DNA of 60,126 bases, taken from NCBI RefSeq assembly GCF_006345805.1, contig NW_021832573.1:1-60126 (forward strand), in the 5' to 3' direction. Within the stretch, counting starts at the first letter, position 1; each line of letters opens with the position of its first letter. Shown piece by piece: positions 27,060-38,447 of this stretch. The notes beneath the pieces are model-generated. The model made no database searches and had not been told where the DNA came from. It saw only the letters and a list, made by a program, of their open reading frames with translations. Source of the stretch: Octopus sinensis (lineage: Eukaryota). The translations under genes and the position numbers were made by a program.

Positions 27060-27238
27060 TAGCTTAATTTTTTTTCGAATTTCACCGTTCCAAAAAAGGA
27101 ATTATATTTACTTATTTGATAAAGATATATATATATATATTTCTCCATTTTCTTATCTTGTATGTATATATATATATATATCAAATAAGTAAATATAATT
27201 CCTTTTTTGGAACAGTGAAATTCGAAAAAAATTAAGCT
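27060..27238. repeat. ~60-bp inverted repeat around (TA)n-flanked spacer
   Basis: agcttaattttttttcgaatttcaccgttccaaaaaaggaattatatttacttatttgata versus tatcaaataagtaaatataattccttttttggaacagtgaaattcgaaaaaaattaagct. Confidence 0.8.
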
Positions 27239-27344
27239 CTATTTATATATATATATATATTATATATATACATATGCATGTATATACATATATTTATATA
27301 TATATGTGTGTGTGTAATATATATAAAATGGGACAATCTAATAA

Positions 27345-27730
27345 TGGTGACTGTGTAATAAGAAGTTTGCTTCTCAACCACATTGTTACGGGTTCAGTTC
27401 CACTGCGTGGTACCTTGGGCAAGCGTTGTCTACTATAGCCTCGGACCGATCAGAACCTTATGAGCAGATCTGGTAGACGGAAACTGAAAGAAGCCTGCTG
27501 TGCATATATATGTGTGCCTTTGTATCTGTGTTTATCCCTCACCGCCACCGCTTGACAACCGGTGTGGGTGTGTTTACTTCCCTGTAAATTGGCGTTTCGT
27601 TAAAAGAAATGGACAAAATAAGTACCAGGCTTTAAATAGACAAGTTCTGGAATCGATTCATTTGATTAAAAGTTCTGGAAAATGGTGGCCCAGCATGACC
27701 GTAATTTGATGAATGGATCAAGTAAAAGAC
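27345..27730 (+). mobile_element. Older SINE family B-related copy
   Basis: ggttcagttccactgcgtggtaccttgggcaag...ggtagacggaaactgaaagaagc. Confidence 0.7.
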
Positions 27731-27756
27731 AATGTGTTTGTTTGTGTGTGTGTGTT

Positions 27757-27820
<64 letters not shown>

Positions 27821-29273
27821 CCATCATACACTATCTCGCTATTTTCCGAGATAACTTTCCATCAATCATTACCAGTATCTACGATCGCCTAATCGCGCTA
27901 AAATATTTTATGTTCTTCCCTGCTATGAGAATTACATTACACGATCATAAAGCACAATTATTGGGTGTCTTCATTTGACTAGTCTCCCAGTTTTATATCC
28001 ATTAGTTTCCGACATTCACCCATTTCAGCTATTACATTTTCGCCAACAGTGAAGGAAGATCACTTTTTCTTCTCGCAAATACGAAAAAGATAAAAATGAT
28101 AAAACAATATATATTTTGAAAGGAAAACGAAAAGATTACAGGGGAAACCAAATAAAGCGTAGAAACGTAAAAGAAAAAAATGGAGAAAACATAAAGAATC
28201 CATAAGAAATGTATTTCTGTATCTATTTGATTTATTCTGGACAATTCTCTCCTTGCAGGTATTCCGATTGACGGAGTTTCCTTTTGTTATTGTTATAAAT
28301 GAGAAAATTGAAAGATAAAATGTTTGTTTAAGCATAATGGGAGAAAATATAAATAAACAAAGCTTTAAAACACATATACATAGATAGATATATAAATACG
28401 CTGATTTGCATATATACTCATATATAAATTCATCCATATATACATATATTATATTATATTATATTATATTATATTATATTATATTATATATATCATATTA
28501 TATTATATTCTCGATTTTGTTACGTCAAGTACGCGGGATAGGAAAAACTTCTTCCTCACTTTATTCATTTGCATATTTCTCCTTCGTCTCCTCCTCCTCC
28601 TCCTCCTCCTCCTCCTTCTTTTCTTCTTCTTCCACCTCTTCCTCTTCTTTTTCTTCTTCTCCTTCTTCTCCTCATTCTTCATGATATTATTATTATTATT
28701 ATTATTATTGTTGTTGTTGCTGCTGATGATGTTATTATTATTGTTGTCGTTGTTATTATTATTACTATTAAAATTGTTATTGTTGTTGTTGTTGTTGTTA
28801 TTATTTTTCTTTCTCTTCTGTTCTGGCCGCCATGTTTGTTATTCAATACTTTTATTTTTGTAACGTATCAATTTGAGAGGAAATTTCATCTTATAAAAAT
28901 TACAGTTGTTATAGAATTTAGAAAAAAAGCATAATGCTATAATATAAACAAGAAAATATAATTGGCGTTCGGCGAATTATTATTGCTTAAAATAACATGA
29001 CAAACCATACAAAACACATTCTTTATCCACAGATGCGTATTAAAAAGTTCTTCGTATCAATTCGAGAAATGATAAAATAAAACACAAATGTACTTAAAAT
29101 AAATACAAAAACAATACACCTTCATGTTATGGTTCTGATTCTTCGTTATTTTCTTAAATTCTTTAAATCTCTTTATGATTTCTCATCTTATGCTGTAATA
29201 TTTAGAAAAAAAACATAGATTTCGAAATTTTAGTGATTTCAAACAAATGCTTGTGTGTGTGTATATATATATA

Positions 29274-29444
29274 TGTAAATGCAATATGTGACAATTATTC
29301 GGTAGCCATGATAAAACTCCGAGTTTCGGATGCCGAGGTGGAAATCCACGAAGCCATTGTATGCCGAGGTGGATTTCCACCCCGATATCCGAAACTCGGA
29401 GTTTTATCATGGCTACCGAATAATTGTCACATATTACATTTACA
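29274..29444. repeat. Near-perfect 76-bp inverted repeat of a Penelope-like terminus carrying the 3' half of an HHR
   Basis: Arms 29274-29349 and 29369-29444; contain atccgaaactcggagttttatc, homologous to 25838-25860. Confidence 0.8.
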
Positions 29445-29575
29445 GATAAATTCCTCTATTTACATAATATCGAGGTCTCTTTCACTCTTTTGTTATCTTA
29501 CCATTTGTGACCGCGTGTGTACCGTTGGCGATTTTTTCCTCCGTCTTCCCTTCCTTTGATCTTTCCTTTTCCTAT

Positions 29576-29610
29576 GTTTCTGACGAAGAGCTCCGCTCGA
29601 AACGTTAAAT
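29576..29610 (+). ncRNA. Minimal type I hammerhead ribozyme motif (Penelope/retrozyme type), core intact
   Basis: gttt-CTGACGA-A-GAGC-tcc-GCTC-GAAA-CGT-T-aaat; palindromic stem III ACGT implies a dimeric fold. Confidence 0.65.
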
Positions 29611-29701
29611 CCTCCCTCTTTCTTTCCTTTCCTGAGCGTCCAATAACACTATACTTCTTCCACGTCTTCGCGTTGTTGTGTTATCATGTTTGAATTAACT
29701 T

Positions 29702-29763
<62 letters not shown>

Positions 29764-29796
29764 AGAGAAAGAGGAATATATATATATATATATGTA

Positions 29797-29856
<60 letters not shown>

Positions 29857-29858
<2 letters not shown>

Positions 29859-30610
29859 TGATCAAAATAAAAACATGATGCCAAGGATTCAGCGGTACAT
29901 ATGTTTCGGGCCTTTATTAGACAGATTTATAACAATGCATAATGTATGTCTGTGGCCTTCTTCAGCCGCGCACAACAGCTTCCACAAGGACATGTGTTAC
30001 ATCAAAAATTCTTGGTTGGGGATACAAATCCTCTCATTCGCGTACGACATAATGCGGCAACAGCATAGAATTGAAGCGTCCATCTCTTTCTTCTCTCAAT
30101 GTAAAATGAGGAAATTTGGATGTTGAAGTAATGTAAATAAATAAATACATATATAGACGTGAAGATGGAGGGGCGAGAATTCAGGACGAGGGATAAAAAA
30201 TGTATGTATAAAAAGTGTAAGTATAGAAAAATATAAAAATATAGAGTATAAAGATATAAAGGGATATAAGGAGATGTAAAGGGGGTATAAAGAATATAAA
30301 GAAATATAAAGAAATATAAATGAATGTAAAGGCATAAGGTTATAAAGTAAAAATAGAAATAGAAATAAAATTAAAAAGTAAAAAAATAAAAATAGGAATA
30401 AACATGATAAAAATGTAAAAAAATGTAAAAAAATATAAAGATAAGGGATGTATAGAGGTTACGGACCAAACATGGTGGTCAGGAGATTGATAAAATTTAG
30501 TTGTAGAAGTTTTGGGTGTCAATAAATCAACAGGGTCGTCTGGGGACCTAGTGTGTTGTAAATCAGAGCTGTTGAGCGTTTAATCTAGTTCTTTGAATTA
30601 ATTGGTCATC
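29857..30610 (-). mobile_element. Probable Penelope-like element 3' end with HHR (left arm of large inverted repeat plus extension)
   Basis: HHR at 29892-29969 on minus strand; ends in (TA)n; 29857-30361 is reverse-complementary to 31144-31648. Confidence 0.55.
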
Positions 30611-31143
30611 TTGTACATACATACCGTCATGGATACATACACCCATATACACGCGCACATATACGCGCGCATACACGGCTCCAAGCCTATAAGCATACAC
30701 ACGCACTCACGTGTAAACATGTACATAAACACACATACACCCACACGCACGCGCGTACATATACATACATACAACAGAATATCCGCATGTATACACGGAC
30801 ATTATACGTGTACACACCCATATATACATACGTGCGTCCATCCTTACATACACATACACATATGCCCACGCTTCCAGGTTTAGATATAAGATATTAAAGG
30901 ATGTATATAAGAACGTATGTAAAGAATCAAGCACTCACGTCTACACGTGCACGCACACACGGCTGTGTGTCCATATGTGCGTGCACATATACACTTACAT
31001 ACACACACAGAGACATACGCGCATATGGGTATAGCTATAAGATATTAAAAGATGTATACAAATAGGTGTAAACATATGAGTATGAGAAAACATGTAAAAA
31101 AACGTAAAGAAATACGGGGTATGCACATCCAGACGTAGATGTT

Positions 31144-31725
31144 TATTTCTATTTTTACTTTATAACCTTATGCCTTTACATTCATTTATATTTCTTTATA
31201 TTTCTTTATATTCTTTATACCCCCTTTACATCTCCTTATATCCCTTTATATCTTTATACTCTACATTTTTATATTATTCTATACTTACACTTTTTATACA
31301 TACATTTTTTATCCCTCGTCCTGAATTCTCGCCCCTCCATCTTCACGTCTATATATGTATTTATTTATTTACATTACTTCAACATCCAAATTTCCTCATT
31401 CTACATTGAGAGAAGAAAGAGATGGACGCTTCAATTCTATGCTGTTGCCGCATTATGTCGTACGCGAATGAGAGGATTTGCATCCCCAACCAAGATTTTT
31501 TGATGTAACACATGTCCTTGTGGAAGCTGTTGTGCGCGGCTGAAGAAGGCCACAGACATACATTATGCATTGTTATAAATCTGTCTAATAAAGGCCCGAA
31601 ACATATGTACCGCTGAATCCTTGGCATCATGTTTTTATTTTGATCAATTTACTCCACCACCTACACCACCAAACGGTATACACAGGTGCTTATAATTATC
31701 AAGTACTCACCCCGTATTTCTCTCT
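31144..31725 (+). mobile_element. Probable Penelope-like terminal repeat with HHR (right arm of large inverted repeat)
   Basis: gcgg-CTGAAGA-A-GGCC...GGCC-C-GAAA-CATATG-TA-ccgc at 31536-31613; ends at (TC)(TA)n. Confidence 0.6.
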
Positions 31726-32212
31726 CTCTATATATATATATATAGGAGAATTTGTTTTTGAAAATGCACGTAGAAATACACCCCTTCTTTCCATATATAT
31801 ATGCTAATATCGAACAGTGAGAATGAGTGCTCAACACTGCATTGGTGGATAGGTATTCTTTATTTGTGCGTTAACAAGTCTATCAATGGTTTCATATTGA
31901 GAGGGATTTCTTCACAATTTTCAAGCCTGTCATGTAGTGAAAGTTGGTTCTCGTCTCCATTTTGGATGAGAATACACAACGTTATACGGCATTTGGGAAT
32001 AAATAGCTATATAGATCATGGAGGTAACTTATAAGGAAATCTTAATCGTTGTCTCCCTAGCATAAACGCTGGGATTGTTGCAATAAACTAAGTTCACAAA
32101 GGATTATCTAATTCCTTGATCATTTTATACATGAACGCTCGTGCATGTCCAAATTTATAAATATGAATACACACATATGTGCATACGCACACATACACAA
32201 ACACACGCATCG

Positions 32213-32213
32213 G

Positions 32214-32260
<47 letters not shown>

Positions 32261-32293
32261 GTAGGTAGGTAGGTAGGTAGGTAGGTAGGTAGG

Positions 32294-32332
<39 letters not shown>

Positions 32333-32353
32333 GTAGGTAGGTAGGTAGGTAGG

Positions 32354-32392
<39 letters not shown>

Positions 32393-32510
32393 TAGATAGA
32401 TAGATAGATAGATATAGATAGGTAGGTAGGTAGGTAGGTAGGTAGGTATTTGGTAGGTAGGTAGGTAGATAGGTAGGTAGGTACGTAGGTAGGTAGGTAG
32501 GTAGGTAGAT
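32213..32510. repeat. Compound (GATA)n/(GGTA)n microsatellite at the 3' junction of the long Tx1 copy
   Basis: Direct reading. Confidence 0.95.
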
Positions 32511-32809
32511 AACTTTTTATTGTAGCCACACAGGGCTAAACAGAATAAAAATGGATGAAATACAATATAGAATTTTTTTCTTTTCGAGGTGGGATGGGTG
32601 GGGCACAAAAACAAACGTTTGATCAATAGGGATCTGTGAGTTGTGTGGTGTATAAAAAAGCAATATATATATATATATATATATATATAAGATTCACAGT
32701 TTAGGTGTAGCCTTGGAAAGAAAAACCTACAAAAAAGACCAAGGTCACCTCAGACAATTCGAAAAAGAACACATGAGTAAGTCGCCTTACTTCTCGTTGT
32801 CTCTTTTGG

Positions 32810-35800
32810 TTACAGATTTATGCTTAAAATAGTGTCGTCTTTCATACTGACCATTTTTGCCACTTTTACCCACTTTTTATTAAAACATTCGTTCGACAAA
32901 GCCTTCCTCTCTATTCTCATCCTCCTTTTCAAATAGTACTTGAAAAAGTTGACGAGAGACTGACCAGAGAGGAAGGTGTTTGTTTGCAGTCCTTTCAAAC
33001 GCGTCCACCACACACATTCTTTCGCCATAGCCATCAGCGTAACGAAAACCGTTTTCCCTTCCCGTTTAAAGGAAGGTGGTGGAACGATATCCACGATAGA
33101 CTCGGCCGATAGGCGAGCCCGACCTACACGTGACAATAGCTGTTCGACGAAGGACCACAGCTCTGAAATATCTGGACACTGCACGAGTGCGTGCAGAACG
33201 GTTTTGTCGCTCTGACCGCATCTCGGGCAGGTCGGTCCGGTGATGGTTTTCGAACCGTGTCTGTAGCTCTTCTCTCGAACAGGTAGTGCGTCTCGATAGC
33301 ACTGCCAAGCCAGGAATTTCTGGAAGTTATCCATAGGCCCCTGCCCGAACGTCGTCCTGAACAGGCGGGTTAGGAATTCCTCGTCGACGCCCAGGTTTGC
33401 CCCGAGTGTGTCGTCGGACCTCCCCTCCACTAGTCCTCTATAGAACGCTTTAGTCGTTTGTAAGTTGCACAAGTTTGACCCCGGTCGGCATAGCTGCTGT
33501 AGAGCTTGGCGACACTCTCGGTGTCAATCGCCCAGTTTCGGTCTCTTTTTGATACACGTTTGCAGTTCGGTCAGTGAGACGAGCTGCGGGAAGTCGCGCC
33601 TCACAAACGGCGCCCACACCTGTTCACCGTCGTCGATGAAGTTCCAGAGATGTCGCAGTCTCAGCGCATGCCTGCGCATCATCAACCACGGCATGCCTAG
33701 TCCTCCATTCAACGGATGTTGACAGCAAATGGACTTCCTCACAATCGGAACGCCACCCTTCCACAGGAAGCGGAAGTGTATGCGTTCCAGTTTGGTGATG
33801 GTGGCGTCGGGACAAGGTACGACGGTCAGGCGTTAATCGATGACGGATGCGATGTACGCGTTCGCCACCTCCGCCCGGCCTTTTAGAGACAGCTTTCTCT
33901 CGGCCCATGTTTGGCTGAGAGCGACCACTCTACTCGTGATCTCGTCCCAGTTCTTATCCGGACTGAACCAGACCCCGAGCAATTTAACCGGTCCGTCCGT
34001 CCAGCGTCCCACTACTGAGCCGCAGTCGGACGGCATGGGCTTGCTTCTCCAGGTGCCGAGTAGCAAACCCACTGACTTTTCCGGGTTAATCTTTGCTCCC
34101 GTCACCGTTTCGTATTTTCTTAGTGTCTCGCCTATCATCTTGATGTGTTTGTCGCTCGACACTATGACGGTGACATCGTCCGCATATGCCGACACGCTCG
34201 TCCCGCAACCCAGTTCCCGTGGGATGCCCCTCAGTGTCGCCAGCTTCCGCAGTAGCGGCTCGAGAGTCAATACATACAGAAGCGCCGACAGGGGACACCC
34301 CTGACGGACCGAACGCGTGATGTCAAACGGTTTCGACAGGTGACCGTTCACCCGAATCACCGATCGGATGCCGTTATACAAGGCAGCGATCCAACCGCGG
34401 AAGACGGGACCGAAGCCAGCCGCCCTGAGGACGGCCGCCAAGTACCGATGGTGGACCCTATCGAAGGCTTTAGACTGATCCAAATTTATCAGCGCCCCAC
34501 CCATGCCAGGATCCTTAACTACCCTGTCCACAATGTAGCGCATCAGATGGAGGTTGTCATGTATGGTTCTGCCCGGCACGGCGCATGTTTGCGCCCTGTC
34601 GACCAGTTTACCAATGACAAGCGCCAACCTCTCGGCTATTACTTTGGCCAAAATTTTCAAATCTGCGTTGAGCAGAGTGATGGGCCTGAAATTATCTATA
34701 AAATTCCCCTTGTTTGGGTCTTTCTTCGGCAACGTCACTGCACCTCGGCTCACGAAACCGGGGATTCTCCCGTTTTGTTGCCAGTTGCAGTAGACTGATG
34801 CCAAGAGGTCGCCAAACAAGTCTGGCATTTGACAATACAGCTCGTAGGGTAAACCATCCAATCCAGGCGACTTATCCCTCGCGCAGCCAACCATCACATC
34901 CCACACGTCAGCGGCTGTGATGGGTCTTTCACAACACTCCGCCTTCTCTTGCCGAGAGCCGCGGCAGGTCGGTCAGGTAGGCACTGAAATCCATCCCGGG
35001 TTCCGACCCACCACTCGCACCAAACAGTCGAGCAAAGTGCTGTTGAAAGGCCTCACACATCCTTTCGGATCTATTAGAGACCGAATGGTGGCTCTGTTGC
35101 CACGCTGCGCCTCCGCTACCCCCGGGCCTCTCACGCGCAGCTTCGATCCTTCGTTCCTTAAGGCACGCATTTTAGCTCTGACGACGCACCTTCGTGCTTG
35201 GCGTTGAGGTGTTGGTCGAGGGCCATCCTCGCAGCCAGCACGTTGGTTGCGCTGCCAGTGGTAAGTGCCCTTCTAGTTCTTAACCAAGTCTCCCTCTACT
35301 CTATTTCGTTCTATCGCTAATTCCTTGCTAAACCTAATTGATTCCGATTTTATTGCCATTTTCAGGGCGTACCACCAGCGGTTGTTAACGACGGCTCTCG
35401 TCAGCGCCCTCTTAATTAACTCGCTAATCCGGTTCCTGTAAACCTGTCGCGCTAACAGCGACGTGTTCAGTTTCCAGTAACCGGGACCCTGCCTATGTGT
35501 TTTATCTAAGTCGAGCGTACACGTAACAAATTTGTGATCTGTGTAGCTGACTATTTTAAATTGTGGACATCCTACACTATCCCTATCCGCTGTCCTGCAT
35601 AGAATTCTATCTAGATAAGATCTCGACGATCCGACGCGGTTTGTCCAAGTCCACGTTGGCACGTTCGGATGGTCGAATCGGAACCTGTCAGACAAATGGA
35701 AACGTCTGAGCAGGTCTTTGAGGCTCTTACATCCCCTTCTATTCCTATCCCTTCCCACATACTAGATGCGTGTCCAAGGTAGCGTTCCAATCCCCTACTA

Positions 35801-36220
35801 ACAGTAAAGTTCTAGACGTACCCAGGAAACCTCTAGACGTCTGAAGAAATCCGCCCGACCCGTTAAGGACGGTGCATAAACTGCCATCAGACGGAATGCA
35901 CACCCATTTCTGCCATCCACGTCCAAGACAACCAGCCTACCCTCCGGGTCTAGGAATATTGCTCTTACTTTTACATTTAGACTCTTTCGAAAAAGCACCG
36001 CGGTACCTCCACCACCCATGTTCGGCAGACAGGGAGAAAAATAAATGTCAAATTGATTGCCAAACATGGACTCGAGGGCCCGCGGCTTACTGAGTCTGGT
36101 TTCACTGATAGCTACTATATCCACATTCAGTGACTTGATGTCGTTTAGAAGGTAACCTTGCTTGCAAGCCGACGCCAAGCCACGCGCATTCACACAACCT
36201 AATTTAAGCATACTTGACAT
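32810..36220 (-). pseudogene. ORF2: apurinic-like endonuclease + reverse transcriptase + C-terminal Cys/His domain, several frameshifts and stops
   Basis: VNARGL, VAISET, VYAP, GDWN, SYLDRIL, YTDH, GPGYWKLNTSLL; KSPGLDG, NFRPITLLNADLKILAK, LDQSKAFDRV, VRQGCPLS, AYADD; CPRC...LHALVQC. Confidence 0.93.
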
Positions 36221-36277
36221 TTACGAAAATTGTGTTCTACACACTACATTAGAAGAGACAAGAGGCAAGAGGGGAGG

Positions 36278-38065
36278 TCACTTACTCATTTTAAAAGTTT
36301 CATTTTTTTCTTCTTCTTTTGTATTGTTTTTGATGAGGTGTTTGTATAGTTTTTTCGACAGGTATCGTTGAAACCCGCCTACCGCATTCGGAAATATTGT
36401 TTTCAGTATGTGGTGTTGTGCTTGTGTTATGTGTAAAATTCTGATGTGTTTCGGTGGTGTGGTGTGCGGATGATTGTTTGTCTTAAATTCATCTTCACAG
36501 ATGACCGTGCTGGATGTGATGTAGTCCATTAATTCTTTATTGTCTGTGTCTATTGCAGTTAGTTGTGTGTGTGGTTTTACGGGTTCGTTGCTTTTTTGAT
36601 TGTCTAGGGGGATGTTGTCCGGAGTTAGATATCTCCCTGCTTTACTTCCTTGTTTGGTGGATTTTTTGGATCTTTTTCTTTTACCCCCTGTGGCTTTTTG
36701 CCATTCCGTCGAACTTTCGTCGTCCGACGTATCAGTATGGGGTAGAGGCAAAGCATTTGCATTACTATGTATGCTTGTATAAATTGTTGATGTTTTGTGC
36801 GGTGTTTGTGTTGTTGTGGTGTTAGGGGTAGAATTTGTCTTCTCGTCACTGTTTTCTGTCTTTTTAATTGTCGTCCTCGGTGTGGGTGTTGGTCTATTTT
36901 TTGTTGATTCAACATGTTGAATTGGTTGTGACGTCAACGGTGATTGTGTTGGTACTGTTTCTTTTCTTGGTGATGTTGTTGGGGTTTGTTTGCTGGTTTG
37001 TTGTTTTTCTTGGCATTGTTCCATAATTGAGTGTGTTGGTGTTGGTGTTGGTGTTGGCAACAAGGGTTTTTTATTTGTTTTCTGATTTGTTCTTTCTTGT
37101 TTTTTCTGTACCAGAGCGCACTTGGCAATCAAATGTTCGGGGCTGCCACATTTGTAGCATCTAGGCTTTTTGCCTTCTGCTACAACATATAGGCATTGCC
37201 CATTTTCCAAGTGGATCTTATCCGGTAGGCTCTCGATAGAGGCCCCCTCAATCTGTATGGTCACCACTACTGTCTTCCCACCCCAAATGTCGCCAAGGTA
37301 CACGGCGGTTTCCAAAATGTTGATTTTTTTAAATGGAACAGATTGCCCCTGTTATCCATTTGTTAGGAATCTCGGGAGGTACATTTTTTAGTAATAGTGA
37401 TTCGACTCACTCTCTGGTTTTTATGTATGGGACCATGATGATTTCATCATTTCCCAGAGACTCAGTAGAGTGATTTTGCCACTTCCTGGTTAGGGAAGCG
37501 GACCACTACTGTGTTAAACTGGGGACCCCCGTTTATATATTCTTTTCTTTCATTATGTTTTTTAAGCATTTTTCTACATCCGTTTTTGTAATCTGTTCAT
37601 TTGGTTTTTTGTTTTTTCTAATAATTTTATATATTTGTCTTATTTTCATTTCTTTTCTTGCTTTATATGTGTTGAGGTTTATGTAGCACTAAATCTTGCC
37701 CACTGGTTGTAAAGAGAGATCTTTGTTTCTAAAGTTCTTCGTTCGTGAATGTAAAATCTCCTTTTCTTCTGACCAGAGGTGTCAGCGAAATTTGTTGGTG
37801 TGTAATTCTGTTATATTAACATCTTCACTATTAGATAGTTCATTTTTATTGTTGTTCTTGTTGCTGTTGTTTTTGTCAATAGTTTTCGTGTGAGTTTTAT
37901 TTTTATCACTTATGTTGGTCCTGGTGGTGTGGTGGTGGTGGTGGTGGAGTGGTGGTGGTAGCAGTAGTAGTCTCGTTGTTGCTGTTGTTAATGGTGGTGG
38001 TGGTGGTGGTGACAGGGCTGTTACCGCACGTGGTTGCAGCGTTCATTCGACCGTTATTCATGTTG
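36278..38065 (-). pseudogene. ORF1, gag-like with CCHC zinc knuckle and low-complexity T/P/K region; 5' part frameshifted
   Basis: ORF 36278-37315 contains CYKCGSPEHLIAKC (CX2CX4HX4C); upstream extent inferred from base composition. Confidence 0.75.
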
Positions 38066-38368
38066 CACTTTGCGTGCATGAGTTCTTTTTTCTTCTCCTA
38101 GCGTTTCAAACTAGGAAAAATGCTGGTCCAATAAAGGAACGCGACCAGCGTTTACAATAAAATTTCTCGACATTTTCTAATGTCGAGAAGAAAATCACAG
38201 AAATGAAATGGGGTTGAAACTGCCCCTAGGGGCGAATTCCTCCTTGGAAAAGCACTCAAACGAAAGTTGGGTGCCTTACACACCTTATTTGCAAAAATGT
38301 ACACAAATATGGGCTATAAATAGTCAAAATAAACGATTACCTTCGGCCGAAGTGACAGCACGTCCGTC

Positions 38369-38447
<79 letters not shown>
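38369..38447. repeat. Pure (GATA)n array between two Tx1 copies
   Basis: Direct reading. Confidence 0.97.

Larger units (their letters stand above)
32511..38368 (-). mobile_element. Near full-length (~5.9 kb) Tx1/L1-type non-LTR retrotransposon inserted in (GATA)n
   Basis: 5'UTR, gag-like ORF1, APE-RT-Zn ORF2 and 3'UTR with AATAAA; GATA arrays on both sides. Confidence 0.92.

Noticed and set aside
32810-36220. Programmed frameshifting or an active ORF2
   Set aside because: Numerous independent frameshifts and stops fit decay or sequencing indels.
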